DNA of 64,000 bases from assembly GCF_001447785.1 (NCBI RefSeq), contig NW_015172148.1, positions 1-64,000 on the forward strand, read 5' to 3'. The number at the start of each line of letters is the position of its first letter. Positions within the stretch are counted from its first letter, which is position 1. Below are positions 50,632 through 63,910 of this stretch, one piece after another. The stretch is from Gekko japonicus. Taxonomy: Eukaryota. The translations under genes and the position numbers were made by a program. Under the pieces are notes generated by a model, which was given only the letters and a program-made list of their open reading frames with translations, had not been told where the DNA came from and searched no databases.

Positions 50632-50781
50632 GCTGACTCGAAAAAGTTTTCAGTAACTACCGTATGCGCTGCCATATGCACTGCTGCCTTTTATGCCAAT
50701 CCCATAGGCACTGTTGTTGTAGCCGGTAGCGCACTTCTGCTACGTGATCTCTGGAGAAGAAGACAGCATGAACATGAGTGA
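50632..50781 (+). CDS. PLAAT last coding exon, copy b (ADSKKFSVTTVCAAICTAAFYANPIGTVVVAGSALLLRDLWRRRQHEHE*)
   Basis: Tandem duplicate of 48816-48965 with acceptor, reading frame and AATAAA (50939) intact. Confidence 0.7.
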   Translation, partial: ADSKKFSVTTVCAAICTAAFYANPIGTVVVAGSALLLRDLWRRRQHEHE

Positions 50782-53700
50782 CATCCACACGAAGAAGCAA
50801 ACTAGGTCTTTAAGGCAGACACCGAACCAGAGGCTCCTGCAGGCAGATTCGTATCCTCGCTCATTCACCCCACCCCCACATTCTATAGCTTTGTCTTGTT
50901 ACTGCAGCTTTCTAGCTAATAGTTCTTTGCCGTGCTGGAATAAAACCCCGAGAGGCCTGCAGTGTCATCCCAAGAAGTGATACCCTTCTGATCAGTCCGT
51001 TGAAGCCAATGGGCATAGAAAATGGTAGCTCTTCTAAGGATGGAATTATTAATGTGGCATTTCAGACACAGAAGCCTCTCTTCCGTATAGGAACCGGGAG
51101 GGAAGCGATTTACCTGTCAACCGCTTCCGAGGAGTCCAACAGGTTAACAAATAGGTTTGGTTCCCGCATTCCACGGGTCTGTTTTCTTCGCGCCGAAAAG
51201 CCTGGGAGCTCAACGGCTTCATTAGACAAAGTTCTCAAGCACTAGCTCATTATAGATAACAGCAATAGACACCACTGAGTCTTCACACCTGCTCGACCTT
51301 GGAAAGATAGCTATGTTGCGAGCTAGCTACTAGCGTTCATGGAAAGGAATGCGCACACCAGGCTGCGGGCAGGAGAGAGGGGGGGAAGGGAACCCAGCGT
51401 AAAAATGGTACACAGAACTCTTTGGCAGCTCGCTGACAGAGGCAAAGGGAAGGGGGGGATGGATCCCAGGCGCTTCCGCCTGTCAGAGGGGCTGAAGCAC
51501 ACTTCTGGTGATGTCAGGGGGTGTGGCATCACCGGCCTCCCCACTTTCCCCAGGGCCCCCCCACTAGAAAGGTCCTAGCTACGGGCCTGACTATAGTGCT
51601 TGGAGAAAGGACATAAGTTTTGACCCCGCATACCAGTTTCCCAAGTTGAAATAGACCTGGGGAGCCACTATACACCACCCCTGAGGAATTTGCTCATAAA
51701 TGATCAGGGAATTGGGGGTGAGCAAAATAGTGGCAAAGTTTGTGGATAATACCGAATTATTGAGGTGGGTGACCAGGCAACAACATGACAAGTGGGGCTC
51801 AATACTGCTAAATATGTCAGGAGAGAAGCCATCTTAGAGGAAAATTCCAACTAAAGCTATCATCTTCTGGCAATCTGACTGTTTGCAGGTGTCAGCCAAT
51901 CCCCCGCCTGACTGATGGATTACTTGTCAAGGTAATCTCGGGAGCCTGTTTATTAGTCCACACATTTCAGCATGAATCTGATATGGGAAGAGAGAGCTCA
52001 CTCTCGCCCCAGAAAGTTCCATCGAGACAGCCCTGTAATTGGTTGAGAAGGTCAGGAGGTTATGGCCAGCAGTATCTATATTATGGACTAAAGCAGAGAG
52101 AGAGAGGATATTCCCTTCCTATTCCCTTCCTATTCCCTTTCCTCCACCAACCACCATGTTGTTTGTTTGAAGGTACTTTGTGTAAGCTCTGGAACATCAT
52201 GCTTCAGCTGTAGCAACCAGCAGTGCTGCCTTTAGCATAAATAGCACAGCTGTTAGCCTTCTGTTATTTTAGATGCATTATGACTCCACTGAACTATGTA
52301 ACTTCTTCTGAATTTCTTTAATAAAGCTTTTTTACTTCATTTTCATGGAAGCTACCACGGAGTTTGAGCCTACTTGGGTTTAACTTTGGTTACATTACCA
52401 CAACAAGGCAGGGTTAGCTTTGACAACATCCACCTGGAAGGCCCTATTTGGGTGGAAGGGTGGGATAAAAATGTTTAAACTGAATAAGTGTAAGGAGATG
52501 CACACTGAAACAAAGGAGCACAACTTTAAATGTGTGCACATAGGTCTGAACTAGTGGAGACCCAGAGGAAAAGAGATCTTGGGGTTGTAGTGGGCAGCTT
52601 GATCAAAATGTTGATTCAGTGTGTGGCAGAAGTGAAAAAGGCAAACTGCCCCAGGGCAAACAGCCACGCTTCTCCTCTGCAGTTTCCTGCCCGTGTGACC
52701 GGGGCCTATATAACTTTTTTCTAAATTTCTTTAATGAAGCTTTTTAACTTCATTTTCATGTAAGTTACCAGGGAGTGACTTGAACTTACTTGTGTTTAAC
52801 TTTGGTTACAGTACCACACCAAAGCAAGGCTAGCTTTGACAACATCCACCTCGAAGGGTGGGATAAAAATGTTTAAAATAAATAAATGCAAGGAGACCCA
52901 CACTGAAACAAAGGATCACAACTTTAAATGTGTGCTCATGGGTCTGAACAAGTGGAGCCCGAGCGGGCAAGAGATCTTGGGGTTGTAGTGGGCAGCTTGA
53001 TCAAAATGTGTGGCAGAAGGGAAAAGGTGTCGGGTGAGCTCACCATAAGGAGAAAGGTTTGTCTGCCTCGCCTGTTTTCCCCCCACAGCAGCTGGCTGAC
53101 CTTGAATGCCTAGGCGCTTAGAGCCCCGAGAATGTAGCCTCTTCCCGCTTCTAGCTTGGACCGTTAGATCTTCCCCACGGTTGCTGTTAATTCCTTATTG
53201 GCTTCCAGGTGTCAGGGAGCCGTGTATGAAACCTGTATATCAGTGGCACCCATTTTGAATACCCTTATTCCTGAGTGCAAGGCATTCCATCTCTCTGATC
53301 AATAAAACTTTTCTTGTTCAAGGACTGTTTGTTGATACTGAGTTATTGGGACCCTGGAAAAAAAAGGCAAACTCCGTGGTGGGATTATTAGGAAAGGTAC
53401 TGAATATAAAATGGCCAATATTGTATTTTTCTTGTAGATAGATCCAGTTGGTCAGCTGTGTTGGTCTGAAGCAATAGAACAAATTTAGAGTCCAGTGGCA
53501 CCTTTAAGGGAGCCAGTTTGGTGTAGTGGCTAGGAGTGCGGACTCTAATCTGGAAAAACTGGGTTTGATTCCCCACTCCACATGCAGCTGCTGGTGTTAC
53601 CTTGGGTCAGTCAGACCTTTCAGAGCTATTCTCTCAAGGGCAGTTCTCCGGAGAGCTTTCTCAGCCCCACCTACCTCACAAGGTGTCTGTTGTGGGGAGG

Positions 53701-53989
53701 GGAAGGAAAAGGGACTGTAAACCGCTCTGAGACTCCTTTGGGTAGTGAAGGGCAGAGTATAAATCCAATCTCCTCCTCCTCTTCCTTCTACGTCTTCTTC
53801 AAGACCAACAAAGTTTTATTCACAGTATGAGCTTTCGTGTGCACACACATTTTTTCAAAATTGATTTTTTTTAAGTGTGCATGCACTCAAAAGCTCATAC
53901 CTTGAATAAAACTTTGTTGGTCTTAAAGGTGCCACTAGACTCTGTATTTCCCTTGTGCAGAGCTATGGTACAGCTTCATTTGCAGGAGT

Positions 53990-54490
53990 GTGTACAGTTC
54001 TGGTTGCCGTAGCCCATTCACGATATTGCAGAGTTGGAAAAAGTACAGAAGCAGGAGCCAAAAAAAATTAAGGGGTTGGAGCGTCAAAGGTAAAAGACTC
54101 AAGAGTGTGAGACCTTTAAGTTTTGTACAAAGATGACAGGGGTGGGGTTAAAACATAATAGACGTTTATAAAATTATGCTTGTGCTAGAAAAACTGGATA
54201 GATAATTTTGTCCCTCTCCCATAATGCTTGAACTTGAAGGCACCTGGTGATGGGCTGATGGGTTCTGGGTGCACCAAAGAACACACTTCTTTATTCAACA
54301 GGCAATTAAATTGTGTGATTCACTGCTAGTGGACGTAGTGATGGCCATAAGCATGGGTGGTTTTTAAAAAGGGTGAGACAGATGCATGGAAGAAAGGTCA
54401 ATCAGTAGCTACTTGTCATGGTGACCAAAAGGCAGTAAACCTCTGAATCCTAGTGCTGGGAGTCAACATCAGGAGAAGTCCTTGGCCTCT
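53990..54490 (+). mobile_element. Old CR1 3' fragment
   Basis: Degenerate ELEKVQK and VYKIM coding remnants plus CR1-type 3' UTR. Confidence 0.65.
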
Positions 54491-57400
54491 GTTGTTTCCC
54501 TAAGAAGTAGACTCCTTTTAATTGGGAGAACTAGTGAAAGAGACAGAGCTTGCAAGAGGGGATAACTGCAAGATCTCCACCAACTTTACAGAGCTTTCCC
54601 CCTTGAGAACTCTTGAAATAAGCCAATCTGATTTAAATAGAAAGAATTTTATTTAAAGAGAATAAAAGAGCAACATGTACGCAAAAGCACACGGGGAAAC
54701 ACACACACAAGGTCACCAAAGGTAAAAAGAAGTAGCAGGAATAAAGGTAATTACCTATCTAGAAGAATAAAGTCCGTGGAGGAGAAAAACGAAACGGCCT
54801 GCATTTTGGGAATGAGGTCTGGATCCAGAAGAACACACACACAAACTGTGGGCTGGAGCCCAGTTATAGCAAAAATTCTCCCTGGGGCAGAGTGACATGA
54901 CTGCCCCAAAATAATAGCTTAATGTGTCTCCCACGAGATGGACAAGGACATGGAAGAGGTATGAGGGGGTTTCCTGAGGTGAAACAATGACTTGGACAAA
55001 GCTCTGATTACTCCATCGGGGGCAAACTATGGTTGCCAATGATCGTTTGATTAACCTAATCGAAATGAAAAGCGCAGTTTGATGTCCCAGTCATTGTATT
55101 GGATGGGACAGCTGTCAGTGTTAGGTGCTGCTATTGCAAGGTAAATGTGGGAAGGGGTGATGAGGTCATGAGGTTGATGGGATTAAGTACAGGTGGATAG
55201 GGTTAGTTCTCGGGTGAGACAGTCCCTTGTTCTGAAAGTCAATTTTTGTGAATTTATACATACCTTACGGTGGGGAAGAGATCACAGCAGTGTCAGTCAC
55301 CTTGACCTTACACCTTCCAGAATCACTGCCCAGATATGTCTGCGAGGCCCGCCAGGCTGGCATGCCTTTTGTGTACATTTTGATCAGACTGCCTGGCATG
55401 TGAGATCTTGGGGTGCCATTAAATGAAGGGTGCTCTCGTGCAAACTACCCCCCAGTGAGAGGAGAGGGTCTGCCTGCTTACAATTCAGCCAGTGTTTTGA
55501 CCCTCCAGGGAAACTGGTTGGCTGCTGTGCAAAACAGGATGCTGCGATAAATAGATCACTGATCTGAACTGCCATGGTAGGTTGTAACGATTCCTTGTGT
55601 GTTTTTTTTGTGTGTCTCTTTAAAAGTTTGGTTGCATGGCTGTGGTAGATAGACTAGAGTGGTTGAGAGAGGCAAGTGTGGTATGATTGGTGGTTGACAG
55701 AGAGGGGGAGGGGTTTTGGAAGTGAATCTGGTTGGATGAGTATGTGAGTCAGTCAAGAGTTTCAGTTACAGGTTGACAGTTGATTAAGTTAGTTGTTCTG
55801 TGTTGAAGCAGTTAGAAGTGAACAGCTGCGGTTGTTCAGTGAGAAAGAGAAGGAGAGCTGAAGGCTGAATGTATAGGAAAAAGTAAAGTAAAGTTTAAGT
55901 GAAGTAAAATTAAAGGAAAGTCTGAGTGTCATAACAGACTGGAGTGAAACAGTGAACATATATGGCATTGAGAAAAACAAGTGTTACAAAGTTACATGAA
56001 AAGATCCCTGTCCCCCAGTGAGAGGAGAGGGTCTGCCTGCTTACAATTCAGCCAGTGTTTTGACCCTCCAGGGAAACTGGTTGGCTGCTGTGCAAAACAG
56101 GATGCTGCGATAAATAGATCACTGATCTGAACTGCCATGGTAGGTCTTTTGAGGAAGAGAGAAAGGGAAGTGGAAATATATATGGACGTTTCAACCATGG
56201 TTTTAAAATTCAGACGTGGGAAAGCGTTTACACAATTTTGACATGTGAAAATGAGAAATGATTGTAGGAAGTTTCTGTTCAAACCTGTAGGATACAGTCT
56301 TTCAAACTTCCATATGAGTTGGTCTTGACTGGCAATTTGGGAGAGATCTAGAGGAGATGGGAGCAAAAGCTTCGCCTTTACATCAGAGTATCCAATGCAA
56401 TAAATAAAACAGAAGAGTATAAGGCTGTGACCTGATGTGCTGTTTGAGCTGGTGTTGTTGCTGTTCCCTTCCGGACTTAAAATGTATATCGAGACAGCAA
56501 CATCTGTCTTGCTTTCCCCAGTCGTGAACACCCCATTCTCACCTGTCTTCAAGTTGGAGTTATTTGGCACCGGGGAAAGTCCAGTTCTTTCTGTTGTCAG
56601 CGGTTTCACCTTGCATCTCCAGAAGTCTGATCAATCCATCGCGCTCTCAAGCTGCTTGAGAAGTCTGAACGTTCCCTTCTGGTTTGGGGCTTTTTTCCCC
56701 TTAGGCAATTAGCAAGGTGCACATAACTGCATATTTGCACCCCCCCCCTGGAGCTTCTCTAAACTGTGTTTTCTTTTTTAAAACTTCCAAAGAAAGATGC
56801 CTGTGCATTTCAGCTTTTTCCTGTGTTTTTCAGCGCACAGGGTGGGGAAGGGGTTACTTGAAAATATTAGTGTTTTTTACAGAGAGGGAGGGAGGCAGTC
56901 TGAGAATGATGCCTGTGACTCCAGCTTCGCAAAAAGCTTTTAAATAAAAACACCAGCAGCACACAGGACGGGGCTTCTCTATTCTCTCCCCCCGGCTTAA
57001 AAACATTTGAAACATTGAATTTTTTAAAAGCACAGTTTCAAAAACACATCCCCCACACTGCACTACATATCCCAGCAGCCTCCTCCAGCAATCGCATTGG
57101 CCACCAGCTGCCACTATCCTGCCAGGAGTCTGAAGCGCTGCTTCCTATAAGTGCTTATGTGCATGCTCAGAAGACAATTTTTTAAAAGATGCCCGACCGC
57201 CTCACTTCATGGCTGCTGCATCTGAACTATCAAACAGGTGAATGCGTGGTGAGGTGGGTTAAGTAGGGATGTCTGATCAAAACTCTCCATTACGAAGAAA
57301 GCCAGATAAATTAGAGGCAGTGCCAGACCACTTTAAGCCTGTTGTCTGATCACAGCCTATGGCGGAATCTGCATTTGTCTTTCCCACCGGTGTCCCAACC

Positions 57401-58016
57401 TTTTGACTCCGTCTTCAAAAAAGCTGTCTACATTTGGTGTCATTTTCCTGCCTGAACAGTGCTAGCATACTTTCGCACGTCCACATATGTTTATCGTCCT
57501 TTGGGGGCAGCTCCACTGTCATTGGAAGGACAGTGATAGGAAGGCTCTGCTGTAGTGCTTTTGTTAGGGTTCCCAGGTCCCCTCTGGTCACCAGTGAGGT
57601 TTGGGGGCATGGGGGCCACCAGATCCACGTTGGGAAACTCCTGGAGATTTGGGGGTGGAGCCTGAGGAGGACAGGGACCTCAGAGGGGAATAATGCCATG
57701 GAGTCCACCCTTCAAAGCATCCATTTCCTCCAGGGGAACTGATCTCTGTAGTCTGGAGAGGAGAAAGCAATTCCAGGGGATCCTCCCAACTGGAGGCTGG
57801 CACCCCTAGTCATCATAGAATTAAGAGGAGCATGAGGACAGAGGGGATATGCAAGCCCCAAGGAGGGACGACAGGAAGAAGCGCTTGCAGGGACAGACAG
57901 GACACTTACGGATACCCTTAAGTGTACAAGAAGATAATGTCACGTCTGGTCAGGCCCTGTGTCATTCTCTGGGACCAGGAGTCTAACAGCACATAATTTG
58001 CCAAGATGACCCATAT

Positions 58017-59518
58017 CTGGTTGCAGTCAGGGGTGCTATGACACAGACAAGTGGCACGATGCTTACAGTTCCAACTGAACATGCTTTCTTTCACTGCCTT
58101 CCCCACCTTTGACTTTGCCTTTTCTTCTGCTTTGAAGCTGACGATGCACACAGAGGACTGCATGTATCTGAAGTCATACTTGTTGATTTGGAGCTTATTA
58201 TTCCTCACCACTTTCCGAAGAGGCTCCTTCTTCTGTGCAGCACTGTAAGTCATGTCTGACGGAAGACTGGAGACACCAGATCCATATTTTTTGTTTGTTT
58301 GTAAACTCTCCTAAAAAGGAGAGAATTTTATTGCTTTTCATATTAGAAAGTGGGGAGGGTATATAGAGGGGTAAAGAAAAGGTTGAGTGATGCTTTCATT
58401 AGTTTGTTAGTCTGTTAGTATTAGTAAAAAAAAAGGTTCTTCTTTGGCTTCATTGTGTTGTCAATCGTCTTTCATCTTCTCAGTTACAAAAAAAATGTTA
58501 AGAAAAAGATTTAGTAGTGTCCCAGTATTACGCTATTAATAAGAAAAAAAAAACTTTTCAAACGCCCTGTGAGCTGCTTCTTCCATCTTCGGGCTGATTT
58601 CTTCTCCGAAACGACAGGAAGGATCCTCCTCCTCGCTCTCCTCTCCAGCTTATTTGCTTCTCTTCCGGGTCTTCGCTTTGCTTTCACAGCCTGCAACGTC
58701 GCTTTTCGTCATCCAACACGCCTTCTCGATAAAGTCCCAAGCTTTTAGAACGATTATTTTCTCTTTTTATGTCTTTCGACTTTAAAATAACCGCTGTCGT
58801 TCTCGTAGCTGGGTCATTTATCCACATCTCCACTTTAAAGGCATTTTCCTCATTGATTGCTGCTCATGCTTTCCAAAAGAGAAACCCCGGGGAAACATTC
58901 ATGCAAACCGGGAGATCCTCCCTTCTTGTTGCGCAGTTCTTTTTTCAGCTCCGACATCTTATTTATTTTGTTTACATTAAACAGAGTTCGCAGGGCGCAC
59001 TTATAAGATAAGTCATCTTCACTTTCTTTCAGACATTCAATCGCCTGTCGACACCACCTCCTCCGCTTTCATTCTCCCCCCCTTTCTCCTTTAAAGTCTC
59101 TTTTAAACGGGAGTGTAGGAATCCCTCCTCCTCTTTCGCTTGGGGGGGGGAGAAAACGCGCTTAGCTTCTTTTCATTATAGATTGACAACTCACAATTTC
59201 AGCCGCTCTCTTCCGTTTCAATCGCTTTTTCGCTTCATCACTCAGGTGGCGTCTGGTGGCTCCGCTAAGCCCCGTGCGGGGCCGCGAATGCGGCGAGGTC
59301 CATTAGGGCATGAGGGGAGCCTCAATTTCCGACCTTCTTTGACTTTGCCTTTTCTTCTGCTTTGAAGCTGACGATGCACACAGAGGACTGCATGTATCTG
59401 AAGTCATACTTGTTGATTTGGAGCTTATTATTCCTCACCACTTTCCGAAGAGGCTCCTTCTTCTGTGCAGCACTGTAAGTCATGTCTGACGGAAGACTGG
59501 AGACACCAGATCCATATT
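58017..59518 (-). pseudogene. Decayed PLAAT catalytic exon (KEPLRKVV..INKYD..WNCKH..NQ) split by a retroposon
   Basis: Minus ORFs 57918-58253 and 59322-59639 align by eye with the Cys exon; NCEHF has become NCKHR; the donor position reads at rather than gt and the acceptor position reads caa. Confidence 0.7.
58289..59336 (-). mobile_element. Internally deleted HAL1-like retroposon
   Basis: Starts at the ggaaattgagg word that ends hairpin 4 in other copies; weak remnant of ORF1 C-terminus (..LKAWDF); AATAAA, hairpin and A-rich tail near 58289-58335. Confidence 0.6.
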
Positions 59519-60093
59519 GAGCGGAGAAAAACACACACACCCCCCACATCAATTGTTGCATGTAAATAAACTGCATGTCATCAATAAATTGTCTTGCATT
59601 TCCTCCACGTCTCCCTAAATTTTCCCTCCTATTAATCAATCAATCAATCAACCATCAATCAATCAGTTAGTTAGAACCACCTTTGTTCTCTAAAGGAGCT
59701 CTGATGGCACATAGGATTGCCAGGACCCTGGATGACAACCCTCAGAAGCAATCAGGAGGTAGAGATTTCAAAAACTGGTGTCACTGGAATCGTGACATCG
59801 TGTCCAGTTTTGGACCAAAAATGACATAACGGTGGAGGCAACACTCTAGAAATTTTCCTAATCTCTGTGGTTTGTACTATAGAGGTTTGGAAAATTCCTG
59901 AAGTGTTGCACGAAACCTGTAATATTATATCACGTCTGGGTCCAAAACCAAAATGATGTCACAGTGTTGTGTGACACCATCCCCCCCACACACACTTTTG
60001 CTCCTTCTGCTCCACTGAGCTCTAGGAGCAAAGTGGGGGAAATGGTGTCACACAACACTGTGACAGTAGGAGTAGGCAGTAGGAGCAGGACCC

Positions 60094-60160
60094 CCAAGGG
60101 TGCAAGGTGGCCCACCATAGTGAGAGACCTAGTAGGCCAATGGTAGCTCGCAGATAAGGA
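60094..60160 (-). pseudogene. Possible decayed PLAAT His-His exon (YHWPTRSLTMVGHLAP)
   Basis: HW...V.HLAP pattern in the expected order and strand, upstream of the decayed Cys exon. Confidence 0.35.
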
Positions 60161-62420
60161 CAAAAACAAAGTTTTAGGCCAGTGACATGTTTAAGACCAA
60201 ATTTTTAAAATTCAAGATATGAGCTCTTCAGATACATTGAAATGGAAGTTACCAGTCCATACATATAGGTAGAGCGTGAACAGCAAATTAGTATACAACA
60301 TAATGAAGATGTTTTAACAGATGGAAGGACCCAGTTCACAATCCACTCCAAACGAAGGAGCTGTACAATGACCATCCACGGTATGACGTTCTCACTGTGG
60401 GGACTGGGGAGAAAAAGTAAGAGCCTATATATGGTGGCAGAGGTGGGACTAGACTACAGAATCTTGTGTCGCCTGAAAGTGGACACATGACATTCTTGAG
60501 TTAACTCGGTACAAGAGTTTTTGGGTTTTGTTAGGGACTTTTTTGTTAGTCAGGGAAAGAAGACTAGTCAGCGTGGGAAAGAAGACAAGTCCATGCCACA
60601 CAGGGAGTTCCCATGGGGCAAAGAGTGTAGGGGCCACGGATGGAGTTTCCTCACCAGGCCGAGCTCCAGGGATGAGTGCTTGTGACAGGAAGGAGAAACA
60701 GGAGACCCCAACCCAGTATGTATGCAAAGTGTGCTGGATTACTGTACAAAGCGGGAGGCTAGGGCTGAGAGGGGGGAGTTTATTCAAGTGGGAGGCAAGT
60801 GAATTTGGGTGACGTGCGTCCATTCTAGTCTGCTCTGTCCCGGGCAGCTTGTTCCTGAAGAGTACATGTTGGTGCAACCATTCGAGAACCTAGTGGTTAA
60901 ACTTCCCATGACAAGGGTGGAAGTCACATATTGGAGCCAGACAAGGTTACAAGACATCGTGGTCCATTGCATCCACCTGGCCAAGTTTATAATTGGGATG
61001 GACTTAGAACCCATCCCAATGGGGGCCATCACCAGAACCAGGACTTTTTTTGTAGAAAAAACTCAGCAGGACCTCATTTGCATAACAGGCCACGCCTAAG
61101 AGCAGAAACTCATTAGCACATTAAGCCACACCCCTGACAGCACAGCTCATTGGCATTTTAGGCCACACCCCCATGTTACCAGAAGTATGGTCATCCAGCC
61201 ACACCCACCTTTTGCTTCTTATTCTGTTTACCTCATTTGTTGTCAAAACCCTGGGCTTTCTTTTGCAGCAGGAACTCCTTTGCATGTTAGGCCACACACC
61301 CCTAATGTAGCCAATCCTAATGAGTTTCTGCTGTTGGGTGTGGCCTATTTTGCTAATGAGTTCCTGCTGGGCGTGGCCAAACTTGGAAGCCAGCCGGAAC
61401 TTCTTTCCGTTGCTTTCCTGCCCCAAAATAGCCCTGACCAGAACACAGGCTGTCGCAGAGAAGAGGGGCAGGAGAGAGGCAGGGAGAGAAGAGGTGACTG
61501 GAGATTGTGGATTGGGTGGAGAGTAAAATACTGGATTCAGATTGAAGCCTCCTGAATTCAAGAACACCACAAAATATAAGTGGTTTATTATAAAATTGTT
61601 CAGGAATAGCCAATAAAAGAGCTGTGAACAGAGAGGATGAAAATGATAAGGCTATAAGTTTAAACTAAGCTCATTTACAAACATTGGTTGCAAATCTAGA
61701 TATTACCCATAAAACTGAGTCCAATAGGGTTCCAAAGTCCAAGACAAGATTTCCAGCCAGTATGACTCACCCAGAATCAAGAAGTGTCCCAAAATCAGAT
61801 GTAATCCATACACAGGGCAAAACTAGAATGAAAGATCTTCCCTATATGGTCAGTGACCCACATTGGCCTGATTCTAGTTAATCAATCAAATGTATAGCGA
61901 ATAATGTAATATGACCAATAAGGGTATGCTGTTAAGCAGGTAATTCAACCAATCAGACAAGTTTGCCAATCAGACCAAACGTTAGACCAAACGCACTGAA
62001 GTTGCATCGGGTCTAATTAAATAAACACCTTCTCCCACCCATGAGTTCGGGTGCTAACAAGATGTCCTTGAAGCTACCAGGCCTAATGGTGTGACTGGCA
62101 CCAGGGTTACCACCCATCTCCCTTATCAAAGTCTTTGAAGCTACAAGGAGCTTGACCTAAGTTTTCAAAGAAAGAAACGTCCATCTTTTCTAGGCCTCAG
62201 CCTGAACCATTGATTGAATTGAACCCTTGTTTGAACTGAACAAGAAGCTGCTTGAAGAGACCAGTTTCTTGACACACCCCAGCCCAAGAACGATTGCGTA
62301 ATTGAGTAGGGGGTGTCTTCTCCTCTAAGGGAAGATGGCATTGCTTTGAACAGAGTTGAGGAACTGCAGGGAGGAGTGATCCCAAGAGAACTTGATAGCT
62401 CCATAAACTGGAAGCTGGGC

Positions 62421-63910
62421 TTCCGGTTTATGGCAACACACAGGCAGACACATCTCCCGTACGTCCTGGGGATGTAAACGGCACACCAGCGTGTGGGAGG
62501 GTGTCCGACAGGTCACGACCCCCCCCCCCGGGAGCCTTGGTAAAAGGCTCCCAAGCCAGGGGTCTTTTGAGGGGCAACCTCTTCAATGGCCGAAAGCCGG
62601 AGAATTGAGGTGCCCCTCTGCCCTGAAGGTCCTGCCGCTGAGTGACCGCATGGTACGAGTGCTGCTGACCGGGACAAGCATTGGAGATCAGGCGAAATAA
62701 ATGATGACGAGCGAGGCCGAATGGCCAACAATGAACTATGAGTCGGGTTGAAGTGAGCATGAAAATGTAAAAAGAAGCTGCCCCCACTAAAGAGCGACGG
62801 GAAAGCGAGCGGGGGAGAGGTCCCTCCTAAACGCATAAACGGAACATGGAAGGAAAGAGGGGGGAGCGGAAAAATAAGCGACTAAAACTGTTTTAAGAGA
62901 CTTGCCAGAGCGCAGAAAAGCGTTCGGGCGAATATCAGAGACTTTAGCAACATTTTTGAAAAGTAAACAAATCTAAAAAGATGGCGGGGGAGAAACCGGA
63001 GAAAGAGAAGCTGTTGAAACTGAAACTAGGGGGCAGTCCTCAAACGGATGAGGTCACTGAGCTCTCAAAACTCTTGGCTGACTCCCTGCGCCCCCCGCTG
63101 GATGAGATCACTGGCATTAAATAACAACTGTCAATAATTGTGCAGAGTGTGGCAGTGCAGCAGATGCAACTGACTCAATCCTTAAAAGCAACAGAGCAAA
63201 TAGGAGAGAAGGTAAAGGAAATGGACGTCACTACTAAAAAAGTTAAGGTGCAAAAGCTGGAAATGAAGCAAGCTTTTACAGCTACAAATGGATACAGCAA
63301 ATTTGGTCTTACGGTTTCAAGGGGTTCCGAAAATTAAAGGAGAGAATCTGAAGCAACGGTTGAGTGAAGCAATAGCCCCAATAACAGATTCAACAGCGGA
63401 ATACCTTTGCAGCGAGATGGATGTGGTCTACAGGTCCTATTCATCGTACATCAAGAAAAATAATCTGCCTGGGGAAATAGTGGTCAGATTCTCATAGAGA
63501 TATGTGAGAGATGCTATTTTGAAAGCAACTTCAGGAACACCCTTGAAAATTGGGGGCAATAATATCAGGATTTTAAAAGTAATTCCATTTGACATAAGAC
63601 AGAAGAGAAAGAACTATAAAGAATTAATCCTTTTCTTACAAACAAATGGCATCAGTTACAGGTGGTTAACCCCAGAAGGCGTCATTTTCAAGCTCAACGA
63701 TAAAAAAGAAAAGATTGACTCTGTTTTTAAAGCACGTGAATTTCTGCAGACACAGCTTGGGGAGCCAGAAGAGGGCAAAGGGGAGGAAAAAGAAAGCAAA
63801 TCTGATGGGGAGTTGGGCTCGGGGTCTTCGAACGAGGACTCCCCCTCTGAAAAGGGGGTGGCTGCCCCCAAAAGCTCATATAAACTGAGGATTAGAAAAG
63901 ATAAGCAGCC
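62421..63910 (+). mobile_element. Second HAL1-like/L1 ORF1 element (degenerate)
   Basis: ttccggtttatggc 5' end; aaaagtaaacaa..ATGGCG start context shared with 13200; LRFQGVP, YIKKNNLPGEIVVRFS. Confidence 0.85.

Larger units (their letters stand above)
48756..52965 (+). repeat. Complex tandem duplication of last exon, 3' UTR and flank
   Basis: 48756-49240 repeats at 50572-51054; 49600-50308 at 51590-52300; 50305-50565 at 52706-52965. Confidence 0.9.

Noticed and set aside
55992-56609. 205-aa minus-strand ORF as a gene
   Set aside because: No recognisable domain, non-ATG start, and it runs into duplicated and LTR-like sequence
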